Positions 40,701 through 51,445 of a stretch of 64,000 nucleotides of DNA are shown here, in pieces. Each line of letters starts with the position of its first letter. Position 1 is the stretch's first letter. Under the pieces are notes generated by a model. That model was not told where the DNA came from. It ran no database searches and worked only from the letters and a program-made list of their open reading frames with translations. The DNA is taken from positions 39,768 through 103,767 of IMG/VR virus record IMGVR_UViG_3300033076_000691; one strand, written 5' to 3'. The translations under genes were made by a program, and so were the position numbers. The stretch comes from a virus. Lineage: Duplodnaviria > Caudoviricetes.

Positions 40701-43700
40701 CAGTACTACCTGTTGAACCTTGAGTACCTGTTATACCTTGAATACCCTGAAGACCAGTAATACCCTGACTACCCGTAGCACCAATTGAACCTTGTACACC
40801 TACAGTTCCCTGTGATCCGGTACTTCCTGTTGCTCCTTGAGATCCAGTAGTACCTATACTACCCTGTGCACCTACAGCACCCTGAGACCCAGTTGTTCCT
40901 GTAGTCCCCTGAGACCCTGTAGCTCCGGTAATTCCTTGAGAACCAGTTGAACCCTGAACACCAGTACTACCAGTAGTTCCCTGCGCGCCCGTAGACCCTG
41001 TAGTTCCTTGGGAACCTACACTACCTTGTGCTCCGGTTGTACCTGTAGAACCTTGAGATCCCACTGCACCTTGAGAGCCAGTGTTACCCAAAATACCTTG
41101 GATACCTTGTATTCCCTGAGAACCAGTAGCACCTGTAGTACCTGTCGTTCCTTGTGTTCCAGTTGCACCTTGAGTACCAATAGATCCAGTAGTACCTTGA
41201 GCCCCAGTAGTTCCTTGACTACCTGTAGCCCCAGTGGTACCTGTACTACCCTGACTTCCAGTTGTTCCCTGTGAACCTGTACTACCAATAGCACCTTGTG
41301 AACCAGTTGCTCCGGTTGCACCCTGTGCTCCTGTGTTTCCTAAAATACCTTGTATACCCTGGATACCTTGGCTACCAGTAGCTCCAGTATTACCAGTTAT
41401 ACCTTGTATGCCTTGAGTACCTTGTGCTCCTGTACTACCAGTTGCTCCAGTACTTCCTTGTAATCCTGTTGTACCCTGAGATCCCGTTGATCCAGTTGTT
41501 CCTTGACTTCCAGTGGCACCAACACTACCTTGAGAACCAATAGCTCCTTGAGACCCAGTAGATCCAATTGCACCTTGAGCTCCTGTAGCACCAGTTAATC
41601 CTTGTAAACCTGTAGTACCTTGGCTTCCAGTAGAACCTTGAGAACCAGTTACACCAGTAGAACCAGTAGAACCTTGGGATCCAATTGATCCTTGTGAACC
41701 TACTGCTCCCTGACTTCCTGTAGCTCCAGTTGTTCCAGTAGCACCTTGTGTTCCTGTTAATCCTTGTAATCCAGTGGTTCCTGTTGTACCTTGGGCTCCA
41801 GTTGCACCGGTACTACCTTGACTTCCCGTAGCACCTGTTGTACCCTGTAGACCAGTTGTACCTTGTGAGCCAGTACTACCTGTAGATCCTTGTGACCCGG
41901 TAGCACCAGTAGATCCTTGTGCACCAGTATTACCAAGAATACCTTGAATTCCTTGAATTCCCTGAATACCTTGTGATCCTGTGGCACCTGTATTTCCTAA
42001 TATACCTTGGGTACCTTGACTTCCCTGTGCACCAGTAAGTCCTGTACTACCCTGAGTACCTACTGCACCTTGTGCACCTGTAGATCCCGTAGCACCTTGA
42101 CTACCAGTTGTACCAGTTGTACCCTGACTTCCCACAGCTCCTTGAGAACCTGTAGCTCCAGTAGTACCCTGTGCACCGGTTGCTCCAGTTGTACCTTGTA
42201 ATCCTATAAGACCTTGAAGTCCTGTAATACCTTGACTTCCGGTTGATCCCTGTGTTCCCACAGATCCCTGTGTACCAGTTATACCCTGAGAACCTGTGGC
42301 ACCCTGGCTACCAGTATTACCTAATATACCCTGAATTCCTTGTGTCCCTTGTGAACCTACAGCACCAGTAGTTCCCTGGCTTCCTGTAGTTCCTTGAAGA
42401 CCAGTTGTTCCTTGAGCTCCTGTTGCTCCTGTTGTACCAGTGGATCCTTGACTTCCAACTGCTCCCTGGGATCCAGTTGAACCTGTACTTCCTTGGGATC
42501 CGGTTGCACCAACTGCTCCTTGAGCACCAATTACACCTTGTGTACCTTGAATACCTAAAAGTCCCTGAGTTCCTTGAGAACCAGTTACACCTTGTTGCCC
42601 TGTAATACCTTGTATTCCTTGGCTACCTACTAAACCTTGTAATCCAGTAATTCCTTGTATACCTTGACTTCCTGTGGTACCTTGTGCACCAGTATCTCCT
42701 GTTGTTCCTTGAGAACCGGTAGCACCTATAGAACCTTGACTTCCAATAGCACCTTGAGATCCTGTAGAGCCTGTTGTACCTTGACTTCCTGTAGCTCCTA
42801 CAGATCCTTGGCTACCAGTTGATCCTTGAATACCTTGAACCCCTAATAATCCTTGTAATCCTTGAATACCAAGTAAACCTTGTACACCCTGAATACCAAG
42901 TTGACCTTGTATTCCTTGAATGCCTTGTATACCTACTAATCCCTGAACACCTTGAGATCCAATGGTACCCTGAGTTCCTTGTGGGCCAGTAGTACCTTGA
43001 ATACCTTGAGGTCCCGTAATATTCCCTACATCTACCCAAGTAGATCCGTTCCATACCCATAGATGACCAGTATCTGCAGTAATATATCCATCACCAATAG
43101 CTCCTGTATAAGAACTTGGCCATCCTGGTAATGATGTATTTGTTGATACTGTACCTAATAATGTTACTGAGTTACCTGCAATACCTTGTGCTCCTAAGAA
43201 TCCTTGAATACCTTGGATGCCCTGAAGTCCTTGAATTCCTTGTATTCCTTGTAATCCAATTAAACCTTGTGTACCAGTAGAACCTTGCACACCTAATGTT
43301 CCTTGAGTTCCTTGAATACCCAATAAACCTTGAGTACCCTGAGCACCTGTGTTTCCAGTAATACCTTGTGTTCCTTGTGATCCATTTAAACCAGCAGTTC
43401 CTTGTAATCCTACTGATCCTTGACTACCTGTACTACCTGTGGATCCCTGAGAACCGGTATCTCCAATTGCACCCTGAATACCTAATTGTCCTTGAATACC
43501 CTGAGAACCTACACTTCCCTGTGTACCTGTTGCTCCTTGTGAACCTGTTGCACCAGTTGTTCCTAAAGTCCCTTGTATACCTTGTGTCCCTTGACTACCA
43601 GTAAGACCTTGACTTCCAGTAGTTCCTTGTTGACCAATTGCACCTTGACTTCCTGTTATTCCTTGTGTACCTTGAGAACCAGTTAAACCTGTAGAACCTT

Positions 43701-46224
43701 GAGTTCCTACAGCCCCCTGTGCTCCAGTAGATCCTGTTGTTCCCTGACTGCCTGTTGCACCTGTGGTACCTTGATTACCTAATGTACCTTGTACACCTTG
43801 GATTCCCTGTATACCAACAGATCCTTGAGATCCAGTCAATCCTTGTGTTCCAGTAATACCCTGAATGCCTTGGATGCCTTGACTACCTTGGGCACCAATA
43901 GCACCTTCACGTCCTTGAATACCTTGTAAACCAACTGAACCCTGACTACCAGTGGCTCCTTGAACACCAACATTTCCTTGAATACCTTGACTACCAGTTG
44001 CACCTTGAGTTCCAGTAATACCCTGTGAACCAGTTGAACCCGTAGTACCTTGAGAACCAGTATCTCCTTTTAGACCTTGTATTCCTGTGGTTCCTTGAGC
44101 TCCAGTACTTCCGGTGGTACCTTGAGCTCCTGTATTACCAAGAGTTCCTTGAGTACCTTGTATACCAATAGATCCCTGCGCACCAGTACTTCCTTGTGTA
44201 CCGGTTAGACCTTGAGATCCAGTTTGTCCTTGAATACCTACACTACCTTGAGTTCCAGTTGCTCCTTGGCTTCCTGTTAATCCAGTACTTCCCTGAGTCC
44301 CAGTGGTACCTTGACTACCAGTACTTCCTGTAGCACCCTGACTACCTGTATTTCCGGTAGTTCCTTGGGCTCCTGTACTTCCTTGAGAGCCAATACTACC
44401 TTGAGTACCAATTGAACCTTGTGTACCTGTAATTCCTTGTTGTCCTTGTATACCCTGTGTACCCTGAACTCCTTGTAAACCAAGTTGACCCTGAATACCT
44501 TGTATACCAAGAAGACCTTGTGTTCCCTGAGATCCTACTATACCCTGAGTACCAGTAGACCCTTGAGATCCTGTATTTCCTGTAGAACCTTGCGGTCCTG
44601 TAGTTCCTTGCACACCTTGAGAACCTAATGTTCCTTGTGAACCAGTAGTTCCAGTAGATCCCTGAGTACCAACGGCTCCTTGTGAACCGGTGCTACCAGT
44701 GCTACCTTGTGATCCCGTATTACCAATTGTTCCTTGAATTCCTTGGGTACCTATCACACCTTGTGATCCCACACTTCCTTGACTACCTGTAACTCCTTGA
44801 TTACCAACAGATCCCTGAGAACCTGTTACACCTTGTGTTCCTTGAACACCTTGACTTCCAGTTAGACCTGTTGATCCTTGTGTTCCAATAGCTCCCTGTG
44901 ATCCTGTTGATCCAGTAGAACCCTGGCTACCGGTATTTCCTATTGCTCCCTGTGGACCAATAACACCTTGTAAACCTAAATTACCTTGAATTCCTTGTGC
45001 TCCTTGAGTTCCGGTAAGTCCTTGAGGACCTACTTGTCCTTGAACTCCCTGTATACCTTGAAGTCCAAGATTACCTTGAATACCTTGTGGACCAATAGGA
45101 CCTTGTACTCCTTGTAATCCTAAGTCACCTTGTGCACCTCTTAAACCTTGTATACCAGTAGCTCCTTGAGGACCTAACTGAGTATACATTACTTGCATTA
45201 CAGTAACTATAATAGATGGGATTGCTGGATGAGGTGCTGATGCAGCTTCATATTCTGCTATAATATTTAAGTTATCTGTAGCCCATGCAAGTTCATAATA
45301 ATCTCCTGCTGTTACATCTAACATAAAATCCCATGCAGGAACTACATAAGGAGCATTAGATGGAACAATAACTTTTGTATTAGAATCTACAACATTGTTT
45401 GCAATTCCATTTTTAGTAAGCCAGATATCAATGGTTTGTCCTGATCCTCCACCTCCTGTATTATGTAATTGTACAGAAAACTGTAAATCATAGTAACCAG
45501 AATTAGCAAATGTAATTCTAGTAGGTAATCCTGAGCCGTTATTTGTAATAGTTACACCATTACTTAATACAGTAGTATTTAACTGAAATGCTTTTGCTGT
45601 AGCTGTGCTTGTATGACTTTGGTCTGTGGTATCATAAAAGGATCCTAAATATCCTAATGCACCTCCTGCACCTGTATTACCAGTAGTACCTTGTATGCCT
45701 TGGATTCCCTGAATCCCTTGAATACCAAGTGCACCCTGTGTTCCTGTTGCACCCTGACTACCAGTAGAACCGGTAGTTCCTTGTGAACCTGTGTCTCCAA
45801 TAAAACCTTGAAGACCCATTACACCTTGGGAACCAGTAGATCCAATGGCTCCTTGTGGACCCATTACACCAATCTCTCCCTGCACACCTACAAGACCTTG
45901 AACTCCTTGAATTCCTAAACGTCCTTGGATACCCTGTATACCTTGAACCCCTTGAGTACCAACTATTTCTCCACTACATACCCAATCAATAATGTTATGG
46001 AATCCCTGCGCTACTGTAGTATCTTGTGCAATTACAGTAGTGTCTTGACATACAATTGGGTCACCAGTATATACTACACAGTCTGCATCAAATGATTCTG
46101 CACACTTTTCCGGCTCTTCACATGGGTCAGGAGTAGGACATGCTGGTGGAGTAGTTAATCCATCAGTACATCCATCATTATCATTAAAGATGTTTTCAAG
46201 TTGGTTTGATCTTTTAGGTTTCAT
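37795..46224 (-). CDS. Giant collagen-like fibre protein (2809 aa)
   Basis: N-terminal anchor, G-X-Y repeats, C1q/BclA-like insert, small knob domain, C-terminal Cys-rich repeats. Confidence 0.85.
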   Translation of the reverse strand: MKPKRSNQLENIFNDNDGCTDGLTTPPACPTPDPCEEPEKCAESFDADCVVYTGDPIVCQDTTVIAQDTTVAQGFHNIIDWVCSGEIVGTQGVQGIQGIQGRLGIQGVQGLVGVQGEIGVMGPQGAIGSTGSQGVMGLQGFIGDTGSQGTTGSTGSQGATGTQGALGIQGIQGIQGIQGTTGNTGAGGALGYLGSFYDTTDQSHTSTATAKAFQLNTTVLSNGVTITNNGSGLPTRITFANSGYYDLQFSVQLHNTGGGGSGQTIDIWLTKNGIANNVVDSNTKVIVPSNAPYVVPAWDFMLDVTAGDYYELAWATDNLNIIAEYEAASAPHPAIPSIIVTVMQVMYTQLGPQGATGIQGLRGAQGDLGLQGVQGPIGPQGIQGNLGLQGIQGVQGQVGPQGLTGTQGAQGIQGNLGLQGVIGPQGAIGNTGSQGSTGSTGSQGAIGTQGSTGLTGSQGVQGTQGVTGSQGSVGNQGVTGSQGSVGSQGVIGTQGIQGTIGNTGSQGSTGSTGSQGAVGTQGSTGTTGSQGTLGSQGVQGTTGPQGSTGNTGSQGSTGTQGIVGSQGTQGLLGIQGIQGQLGLQGVQGTQGIQGQQGITGTQGSIGTQGSIGSQGSTGAQGTTGNTGSQGATGSTGSQGTTGTQGSTGLTGSQGATGTQGSVGIQGQTGSQGLTGTQGSTGAQGSIGIQGTQGTLGNTGAQGTTGSTGAQGTTGIQGLKGDTGSQGTTGSTGSQGITGTQGATGSQGIQGNVGVQGATGSQGSVGLQGIQGREGAIGAQGSQGIQGIQGITGTQGLTGSQGSVGIQGIQGVQGTLGNQGTTGATGSQGTTGSTGAQGAVGTQGSTGLTGSQGTQGITGSQGAIGQQGTTGSQGLTGSQGTQGIQGTLGTTGATGSQGATGTQGSVGSQGIQGQLGIQGAIGDTGSQGSTGSTGSQGSVGLQGTAGLNGSQGTQGITGNTGAQGTQGLLGIQGTQGTLGVQGSTGTQGLIGLQGIQGIQGLQGIQGIQGFLGAQGIAGNSVTLLGTVSTNTSLPGWPSSYTGAIGDGYITADTGHLWVWNGSTWVDVGNITGPQGIQGTTGPQGTQGTIGSQGVQGLVGIQGIQGIQGQLGIQGVQGLLGIQGLQGLLGVQGIQGSTGSQGSVGATGSQGTTGSTGSQGAIGSQGSIGATGSQGTTGDTGAQGTTGSQGIQGITGLQGLVGSQGIQGITGQQGVTGSQGTQGLLGIQGTQGVIGAQGAVGATGSQGSTGSTGSQGAVGSQGSTGTTGATGAQGTTGLQGTTGSQGTTGAVGSQGTQGIQGILGNTGSQGATGSQGITGTQGSVGTQGSTGSQGITGLQGLIGLQGTTGATGAQGTTGATGSQGAVGSQGTTGTTGSQGATGSTGAQGAVGTQGSTGLTGAQGSQGTQGILGNTGATGSQGIQGIQGIQGILGNTGAQGSTGATGSQGSTGSTGSQGTTGLQGTTGATGSQGSTGATGAQGTTGTTGLQGLTGTQGATGTTGATGSQGAVGSQGSIGSQGSTGSTGVTGSQGSTGSQGTTGLQGLTGATGAQGAIGSTGSQGAIGSQGSVGATGSQGTTGSTGSQGTTGLQGSTGATGSTGAQGTQGIQGITGNTGATGSQGIQGIQGILGNTGAQGATGATGSQGAIGSTGSQGTTGSQGSTGTTGATGSQGTTGAQGTTGSIGTQGATGTQGTTGTTGATGSQGIQGIQGILGNTGSQGAVGSQGSTGTTGAQGSVGSQGTTGSTGAQGTTGSTGVQGSTGSQGITGATGSQGTTGTTGSQGAVGAQGSIGTTGSQGATGSTGSQGTVGVQGSIGATGSQGITGLQGIQGITGTQGSTGSTGGTGAQGSTGSQGSTGSTGGTGAQGIQGLLGLQGLTGLQGVQGAIGIGTQGIQGVQGLTGLQGIQGILGFQGTTGLQGTTGTTGLQGVQGITGTGIQGTQGTIGSGTQGVQGVQGPAGGGGGGSVNILDEGITVVTGASAINFIGTCVTATDAGGGQANITLTCDACTIDNSHIGAAGMAIDPESWGNYNMYIGRDPFGWTNGYWNGKAITAIPGTITAVKGANLNCGIHLPHDLFPGDIIKFCGSSYLIDQGITVIPKLSVALVQATCEDLCTTSRGNLSVSPVITTQDFIYTCSETNEYYVCFNIEHTVTQVIRGCDTIFFAAFGWDNTGSTEGSVQPRVTFTLNTERNCAVVDLTPNMELQLCCDPAVVEVVYNPALTVGDFFVDNEGNCWEAQAKTGASVTSTRTVVTSYATCDACKAANECPANLVVQSCCEAGPETFTGSLPGIVLGDTFVDTYGFCWTAIGETVSPTTGTVYVASNLGQEVCITCTSSNPCPIRIELRPCCKQQISGSPMITTDALLGYTTTDGEVIVDTFGVCYNVIKPALAGGGVTAPFISYSASYGVGAEECTTCTTIHTCPPTLYYEVINCCTGDTEIVVFDAVISPDTVLQFSLDTSPNVAQCWKVVSYSNTGTATITVGKFAGAYKTCQDCIGDLKDGCPTYYEVADCCGVAANEVMLLPYQPTDYYSLGLTFPDTNSNCWYVVGETTGPDTIAWDGIAYLSCTECNDAYGNCTMVKISSCCADLGGVTSLESLGGGVAVGYNFVDQFGACWEVTGDATGSGLPAAYNFINVASIYSTTGSDCPACVQDHACPTNVYYTLQNCCTGETQVAYYGFGYLAAGQSYQLITTLDGNNTWDCWKVISWSTTGTATMNIGTIGTSYDTCEQCVIGNQSICHNYYIAQNCCGGPNAVIYLPDYIHSNGYTVLDTLGDCWTPLAPTVGPATITWDGSNYADCTECAPYANPC
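40350..45965 (-). repeat. Coding 9-bp periodicity (Gly-X-Y, mostly G-[STAIL]-Q / G-[STA]-T)
   Basis: Visible ccttg/cc periodicity on the + strand; interrupted at ~43010-43180 and ~45180-45660. Confidence 0.9.
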
Positions 46225-46454
46225 TATATCTCTTCTTCTAAATTAACCTCAAATTCTATTGGTTCTCCTAGTACTGGTAACAAAGATTCATCAAATAATA
46301 TAAAATATATATTATCATTTACTGAGTATTCATATTCTACCCAGTGTTGTGTTACATCATCCGGATGTTTTGGAATACCATAGTATGTATCACATTGTTG
46401 TACAGCTGCTTGTGCATCTATTGCACTATTATATGTATAGCCCTTAAAAACCAT
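46224..46454 (-). CDS. Small acidic protein, possible fibre assembly chaperone
   Basis: 76 aa, directly after a receptor-binding-like gene. Confidence 0.5.
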   Translation of the reverse strand: MVFKGYTYNSAIDAQAAVQQCDTYYGIPKHPDDVTQHWVEYEYSVNDNIYFILFDESLLPVLGEPIEFEVNLEEEI

Positions 46455-47328
46455 AATAATTCCTAATATTAGTTTCTATTGCAAGTCTATCTGTTGTCAT
46501 ATCACTAGGATACAAAATAATTTCTGGTGTAAGACCATTGTATGCTTCACCTAAAGTTCTTCTACCTACATATAATCCACCCATGTTTCCTGCACTATAT
46601 GATGGGGTTCCTGGTGTATTTGTTGCACCATTAGTAAATCCATTAACCCATAATTGTGCATCACTTGCTTTTCTAATTAAACTAAGCATATTCAATGAAA
46701 ATGCTGAACTACTAAAACCTGATTCTGTAGTATTTGTAGTATTATTATTTGAAAATACTACAGATTGATTACTTGATCCACTAACTCTAAACCATTGACC
46801 TATTCTTATAGATCCCTGATCTTGGTGGAATAAAATTTTTGTTCCTACAGTATCATAAAGTAAGCCAACTCCAAATGCCGTATATAAACCATTTGTACCA
46901 ATAGCATTTATTCCTGGTGCTGATATTAATCTTTGACCATTTGTAGCTATAAATGATAATGCATATTTACCATTTACTACAGTAAACTTTGGTTGTTCAA
47001 GAGCAGATGGGTTTGTTAAATTATTTCCATTTCCAGACTGATCATACCAAATTGTTACAGCAGCTGTAGTATTAGAAGCAAATGCTATAAGTGCTGCAGA
47101 ATCAAATTCATTATTTACAAATCCAATGTTTTGAGTTGCATTATCACTCAATCTTCTAACTTGCACAGCAAATCCGGTATAGTTTTGATCTAATTTTCTT
47201 AGGGAATAAGCTGCTGATGCTCCTGGATATAAATCCAAAAGTAAAGGTGGATTGTTAACAGACTTCCTATCTATATAGGTTCCCCTATTCCACCCTGGAA
47301 ATATCTTTTTAAATATTTTAGCAGGCAT
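46444..47328 (-). CDS. Lectin-like (ConA/LamG, arabinofuranosidase-B-like) fibre/receptor-binding protein
   Basis: AAYSLRKL..YTG.A.QVRR.SDNA..IGF, WYDQSGNGN and E.I.Y...R..IE.NI..YY motifs. Confidence 0.65.
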   Translation of the reverse strand: MPAKIFKKIFPGWNRGTYIDRKSVNNPPLLLDLYPGASAAYSLRKLDQNYTGFAVQVRRLSDNATQNIGFVNNEFDSAALIAFASNTTAAVTIWYDQSGNGNNLTNPSALEQPKFTVVNGKYALSFIATNGQRLISAPGINAIGTNGLYTAFGVGLLYDTVGTKILFHQDQGSIRIGQWFRVSGSSNQSVVFSNNNTTNTTESGFSSSAFSLNMLSLIRKASDAQLWVNGFTNGATNTPGTPSYSAGNMGGLYVGRRTLGEAYNGLTPEIILYPSDMTTDRLAIETNIRNYYGF

Positions 47329-47329
47329 G

Positions 47330-47674
47330 TTAAGATATGAAGATAATCAAAAACTCTGTACCAGTTGCATTATAAGCAATAGCATCTAGTGTGTTATTAA
47401 TTGCTCCTGCATCAAAGTTTACTGTTTCACCTGGTTTTAATGTTACAGTTTTTACAGTACCGTCAGCTGTTCCTACATTAGATATTGATACTGAATATTT
47501 TCCAGCACTAATTGTACCTGATGATGTAGGTCTTGCAATATTGGTAACTCTAGAAGCTCCAGTAGTAACACCAGTTAAAGAGTTAATAAGATCTGTAATT
47601 CCCTGTAATACCTTTAACTGAAAGGGGAAGTTGTTCCCTTTATTTCCATACGTTTTTAAATTTCCTATTGACAT
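47330..47674 (-). CDS. Small beta-rich structural/decoration protein
   Basis: S.SN.G...V..LKPGETVNFDAG. Confidence 0.5.
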   Translation of the reverse strand: MSIGNLKTYGNKGNNFPFQLKVLQGITDLINSLTGVTTGASRVTNIARPTSSGTISAGKYSVSISNVGTADGTVKTVTLKPGETVNFDAGAINNTLDAIAYNATGTEFLIIFIS

Positions 47675-47686
47675 GAGTTCTATTTA

Positions 47687-48181
47687 TTAAGCTCCTAATC
47701 TTGTTTTAATTACAGTAAATGTAAATGGACCATTTAAGTTATCTACATTAGTCCACTCATATCCATTAGAACCGCTTTGAGTAAATGTACTATTACCAGG
47801 AGCTGCTGATGTAGTACTTATTAATGTACAATCTCCACCACCACATATCCAAGTTTCTATTCCACCATCATAATGATCATTTACTATCACCATACCTGAA
47901 AAATTAGGTATGTCATGACTTGCTCCAGGTCCTACAGTTACAGTATTATCACTACTATCAGCAGCAATATAATTACCTTCAGTATCTACTGAACAACAAC
48001 CACCACCTGCACCATCTAATATATCTGCTTTTAAATCAGCATATGTAATAGCTGTAGGTTTATAATTACCATAATATCTGGGATCGTTAGTACCTAAAGC
48101 AACCAAATCAGTTGCCTCAGGAACTTTCTTAATCATCTTATTTGTAATAAGATTGAAAAAGTTAGTAAGGTTATTTAACAT
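47687..48181 (-). CDS. Putative virion decoration protein
   Basis: N-terminus similar to that of 48181..48654. Confidence 0.5.
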   Translation of the reverse strand: MLNNLTNFFNLITNKMIKKVPEATDLVALGTNDPRYYGNYKPTAITYADLKADILDGAGGGCCSVDTEGNYIAADSSDNTVTVGPGASHDIPNFSGMVIVNDHYDGGIETWICGGGDCTLISTTSAAPGNSTFTQSGSNGYEWTNVDNLNGPFTFTVIKTRLGA

Positions 48182-48654
48182 TATGAAATAATAATGAAGT
48201 GAACTTTAACAATATTATTTAATGCAGCTGAGCCAGCTCCATTACTAAGAACTACTTTGAAAGATCCAATTGCAATATCAGATACACCTACTACAGGGAT
48301 TCCAGTTGCTGCTTCATCATACTCAACAGAAACTAAAATTCTTGATCCTGCAACAACTTGATCATTATTTACAGTAAAAGAAGTTCTTGCATTAGCTGCT
48401 AATGTAGATGATACAGTAGTAATTACACCATTATGTGCATTTACTGTAACTGGTGTTGTAATGCTTGTCAGCTGAGTAACATTTGCTGTATCATATAATG
48501 ATTGCAAAGGTGCTGCATTAACTGCAAGTGGAAGATAGCCATCATCACGAGAAGGATCTTGTGCACCTACTGCAATTAAGTTATTAACGTCTGTTGGAAG
48601 GGTGGTTCTATAATTCCCAGCCTTAATCCAAGAAATAAAATTTAAAATGTCCAT
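48181..48654 (-). CDS. Putative virion decoration protein
   Basis: VTQLTSITT.VTVNA..G.IT...FTV.N beta-sandwich pattern. Confidence 0.55.
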   Translation of the reverse strand: MDILNFISWIKAGNYRTTLPTDVNNLIAVGAQDPSRDDGYLPLAVNAAPLQSLYDTANVTQLTSITTPVTVNAHNGVITTVSSTLAANARTSFTVNNDQVVAGSRILVSVEYDEAATGIPVVGVSDIAIGSFKVVLSNGAGSAALNNIVKVHFIIIS

Positions 48655-48678
48655 GGTTATAAATATTAAATGTATACA

Positions 48679-48712
48679 TTATAATATACTAAAAATAATT
48701 CAAATAAACAAA
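48679..48712 (-). promoter_or_regulatory. Bacteroidota-like promoter TTTG-N20-TATATTAT
   Basis: Same layout upstream of 12272 and 18365. Confidence 0.6.
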
Positions 48713-48736
48713 AATCCCCGGCAAAAACCGGGGACT
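48710..48736 (-). terminator. Intrinsic terminator
   Basis: TCCCCGG-caaaaa-CCGGGGA hairpin. Confidence 0.7.
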
Positions 48737-48776
48737 TGTGACAGGGTAGAGGATTGAAAATTGAACGGTAGAAAAA

Positions 48777-48980
48777 CTACCCTATCATATATCCTAGTAG
48801 AAATGAAACTATTATTAGTGCACCAATTGTATAATTTGCTATAGCACGACCTTTCTCATCTTCCATATACATATTGTACATTCTGTTATAGACAGGTCTT
48901 GTCATAGCATTTATGACAATCCAAAACATTGCAATACATCCTACTGCAAATGCTGCTAATAATATTTTTAACCAGATCAT
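48777..48980 (-). CDS. Small two-TM membrane protein
   Basis: Two hydrophobic segments. Confidence 0.6.
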   Translation of the reverse strand: MIWLKILLAAFAVGCIAMFWIVINAMTRPVYNRMYNMYMEDEKGRAIANYTIGALIIVSFLLGYMIG

Positions 48981-49294
48981 AGTAAATCAATTCTTCTTTG
49001 TAAATATACTAAAGCCTTTTGTAAATCTTCTTTTTCTTTAGATTTATTTTTCTTTCCAGCTCTAGCAACATACTTAATTACATTACCAAGATAGAAATCT
49101 TTATCAATACCCCAGGCTTCTAGGACATTAAATACTTCATAAGTAGTACCAGCACCACCGTAATGATTTGGCCTAGTAGAATCATTGACAATAATAATTC
49201 TAGACGCAACATCCTTTGCCGGTGTACCCATCTCTTCTTTAGAGCACATGATCTTTTCATACTGCTCTTCTGATTCTTGACTAAAGTTTACCAT
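48977..49294 (-). CDS. DUF3310 family protein
   Basis: P.HY...F.LGNVIKYV.RAGKK...EDL.KA..YL. Confidence 0.8.
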   Translation of the reverse strand: MVNFSQESEEQYEKIMCSKEEMGTPAKDVASRIIIVNDSTRPNHYGGAGTTYEVFNVLEAWGIDKDFYLGNVIKYVARAGKKNKSKEKEDLQKALVYLQRRIDLL

Positions 49295-49584
49295 ACTATA
49301 ACTACGTCACCTTCATTAAGAACAAGTTTAGTTTCTCCGTCAATATCAATGCGCTCAACTGTTTCTAAGTTAAGTGCACTTGTACGTACATAAACTTTAT
49401 CCCCTTCTTTAACTTCTTCTACTTTATCACCTATAGCATAAACATTTAGTTTACCCCACATCTTCATTGCTTCTTGCATGATTGCATCTTCATCTTTTGC
49501 ACTTAACTGAAGTGATGATTCTTTTCTTTTGGGAACATCCAATAGGATTGTTCTTCCTCTTAATAGTTTAAACGGTTTACTCAT
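49288..49584 (-). CDS. GroES/Cpn10-like co-chaperonin
   Basis: V.AIGD.V.EVK.GDKV...IDGE..LVL.E.DV. Confidence 0.7.
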   Translation of the reverse strand: MSKPFKLLRGRTILLDVPKRKESSLQLSAKDEDAIMQEAMKMWGKLNVYAIGDKVEEVKEGDKVYVRTSALNLETVERIDIDGETKLVLNEGDVVIVW

Positions 49585-49585
49585 T

Positions 49586-49930
49586 TTATTTGGTTTTCAT
49601 TGTTAACACTTTTACTACTGATGCATGAGCACTAAACAACTCTCCTACTGCATGATCAAATAGTAAACTTTTTACCGGACCTCTTTGGTCTTCAGAATAT
49701 CTCTTTTTTAATATCTCAGCAATTGATGCTGCTAATTCAGTTACCTTAACTACATCTTCATCTTCAGATTCTGTATTAATTAGTAACTCTCCAAACGTAG
49801 GTAGTTTAGTTTCTACTACTCCATATTGTTGTTGTTCTTCCATATATTGATCAAATTTAATCCTTGCTTCTAGGTTGGTTTCTGACTCAGCTGTCAACTT
49901 CTGCCATATGTCCAACTGATGTTGTGTCAT
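49586..49930 (-). CDS. Possible Acb2/Tad1-hairpin-like protein (divergent)
   Basis: TFGE.L...V.KV..L.A.IAE.L...A.GE...A...VVK.LT helical-hairpin pattern. Confidence 0.35.
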   Translation of the reverse strand: MTQHQLDIWQKLTAESETNLEARIKFDQYMEEQQQYGVVETKLPTFGELLINTESEDEDVVKVTELAASIAEILKKRYSEDQRGPVKSLLFDHAVGELFSAHASVVKVLTMKTK

Positions 49931-50178
49931 GCATTCTCAAAGGTTGCTATGAAAGCTTCCGGTGTATACACAACAAATTTACCAGTCACTGTCTTAACAA
50001 TAAAGTCATTAATACAAACTACCTCATTGCTCTCTAAAGGATCAATCATTAAATCCTTCACATGACCATGTAGTGTAAAATAACATGTGGTACAAAAGTC
50101 TGAAATCTCAGATCTGTTGTTACCGTTCCATTGAACAGCTTCAATCATAAGAGGTTTAGTTTTAAACAATTGTACCAT
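49927..50178 (-). CDS. KP..IEAVQW / D.I.K...G.F....P..F..T.E family phage protein (PGDYG-like)
   Basis: Recognisable but degenerate family motif; start reassigned to MVQLFK behind a TATATTTG box. Confidence 0.55.
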   Translation of the reverse strand: MVQLFKTKPLMIEAVQWNGNNRSEISDFCTTCYFTLHGHVKDLMIDPLESNEVVCINDFIVKTVTGKFVVYTPEAFIATFENA

Positions 50179-50206
50179 AACACAAATATAAAAAACTTTT
50201 TCAAAT

Positions 50207-50238
50207 AAAAAAGCCCAGGCTTTCAACTCCGGGCTTTT
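50207..50238 (-). terminator. Intrinsic terminator
   Basis: AAAAGCCC.GG...CC.GGGCTTTT hairpin. Confidence 0.55.
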
Positions 50239-50301
50239 GAAATCTCAATCAAAAAAAAGTATACAATGAGATTTACGACAAGACAAATATATAAAAATAT
50301 T

Positions 50302-50439
50302 TTATCTCCCTTGTGCTCTGTAAGATTTTTTATAATTCTTACTTTTCTTTAGTTTGCTGGTTTTTGTTTTAGCATGGATGCCTGGTCTGGAAACCTTTAC
50401 CTTAACCAATCTTGTTGCACTGTCTTTTACTTTTGCCAT
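50302..50439 (-). CDS. Small basic protein ending YRAQGR (45 aa), not in the ORF track
   Basis: MAKVKDSATRLVKVKVSRPGIHAKTKTSKLKKSKNYKKSYRAQGR; K.YRGQG-type terminus recurrent in phages. Confidence 0.7.
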   Translation of the reverse strand: MAKVKDSATRLVKVKVSRPGIHAKTKTSKLKKSKNYKKSYRAQGR

Positions 50440-50470
50440 GATTATTAGTTTATACTAATAATATACAAAT

Positions 50471-50668
50471 TTACTTTAAGACTCTACCGTATGTGATATT
50501 ATTTTTAGCTCTGATGTCCTTGTGTGTGTACTGCCAAAATTCACCAGTATCATTTATAATTACGGTATAGATAGTGTCGGTCTCATGACCATAGTCTGTG
50601 ACTAACCAAATTATCCCAGGACCTTTTGGTGTATCAACCTCTACTCTATTCTGTGGTTCAAAGATCAT
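50471..50668 (-). CDS. Hypothetical protein (TPKG.G..W...DYG.E family)
   Basis: ORF track; start reassigned to MIFEPQ. Confidence 0.65.
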   Translation of the reverse strand: MIFEPQNRVEVDTPKGPGIIWLVTDYGHETDTIYTVIINDTGEFWQYTHKDIRAKNNITYGRVLK

Positions 50669-51332
50669 AGTTCTCAATTTTAATTAGCTCATCTCTTTCA
50701 GCAAGCTTCTTATATAAGTCAATATCTGTTGACCATTCTTGTCCTGTCCAAAACTCAAAGCCTCTATAGTTTGATTTATATAAACAGCACTGCTCATATC
50801 CCCCTAAAAGATAAACATATTCACAACCTAGAAGTTTAGCAGTTTCACATTCTATCATCTGAGCTACTGTACCTAAAGATAACTTAGGATCTTCATAGTC
50901 CCAGATAAACTGATATGCCACAAACTGTGTATCAAACTGCTTATATATACTTATCCCAATAAGATGGTCTGTATAGTACTCTATAACAGAACAGTCTCTA
51001 AAGTTATCAAGGTTAATGTCCCGTTTAAACCCATGATATGCACAGTACTTTTCATGTAGTTCTATATACTGCTCTAATGCCGCATCAATATTGCCAGCTT
51101 CAACAACAATCTTCTTTGCTAACTTCTTAGTAGTCTTACTTGGTTGGTACTTGGACAAATCTATCCTAGTACTCCGTTCATTATACCATCTATCTTTCCA
51201 GGGAATCCAACCTTGCTTCAATGCATCTACAGAAGATTCATTAGGTTCAAGTATACCATAGGCACAATTAACTATTACCTCAAGATCACTGACCTTACCA
51301 AATCCTGCAATATGATCAAAGAAAACTTTCAT
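50658..51332 (-). CDS. Aminoacyl-tRNA-protein transferase, ATE1/Bpt-like
   Basis: L..GW, R.TRIDL..Y.PSK..KK, and C-terminal FIWDY..PKLSLG......E...AK.LG..YVYL.G.....C.YK..Y..FE.W....W matching the ATE_C pattern. Confidence 0.75.
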   Translation of the reverse strand: MKVFFDHIAGFGKVSDLEVIVNCAYGILEPNESSVDALKQGWIPWKDRWYNERSTRIDLSKYQPSKTTKKLAKKIVVEAGNIDAALEQYIELHEKYCAYHGFKRDINLDNFRDCSVIEYYTDHLIGISIYKQFDTQFVAYQFIWDYEDPKLSLGTVAQMIECETAKLLGCEYVYLLGGYEQCCLYKSNYRGFEFWTGQEWSTDIDLYKKLAERDELIKIENYDL

Positions 51333-51445
51333 ATAGTAAATATACAAAAAACCCAGGCAGTAATCCTTGATCAGAGGAACTTACCTGGGGTTGTCACCAG
51401 TTATATCTACCCTGGGTACCTTAGTAGAACTTCCCAATAACCAAA

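Noticed and set aside
40220-44510. Several alternative-frame and antisense ORFs inside the collagen gene
   Set aside because: By-products of the 9-bp periodicity; low-complexity translations with no start context.
40350-45965. Repeat region as a CRISPR array or satellite
   Set aside because: Fully in frame Gly-X-Y coding with synonymous variation; no repeat-spacer structure.
12629-47328. Diversity-generating retroelement or invertible fibre cassette
   Set aside because: No reverse transcriptase, recombinase or TR/VR-like duplicated segment seen in the window.
358-47621. Plus-strand ORFs of 60-113 aa opposite the structural genes
   Set aside because: Antisense shadows of long, motif-bearing minus-strand genes.
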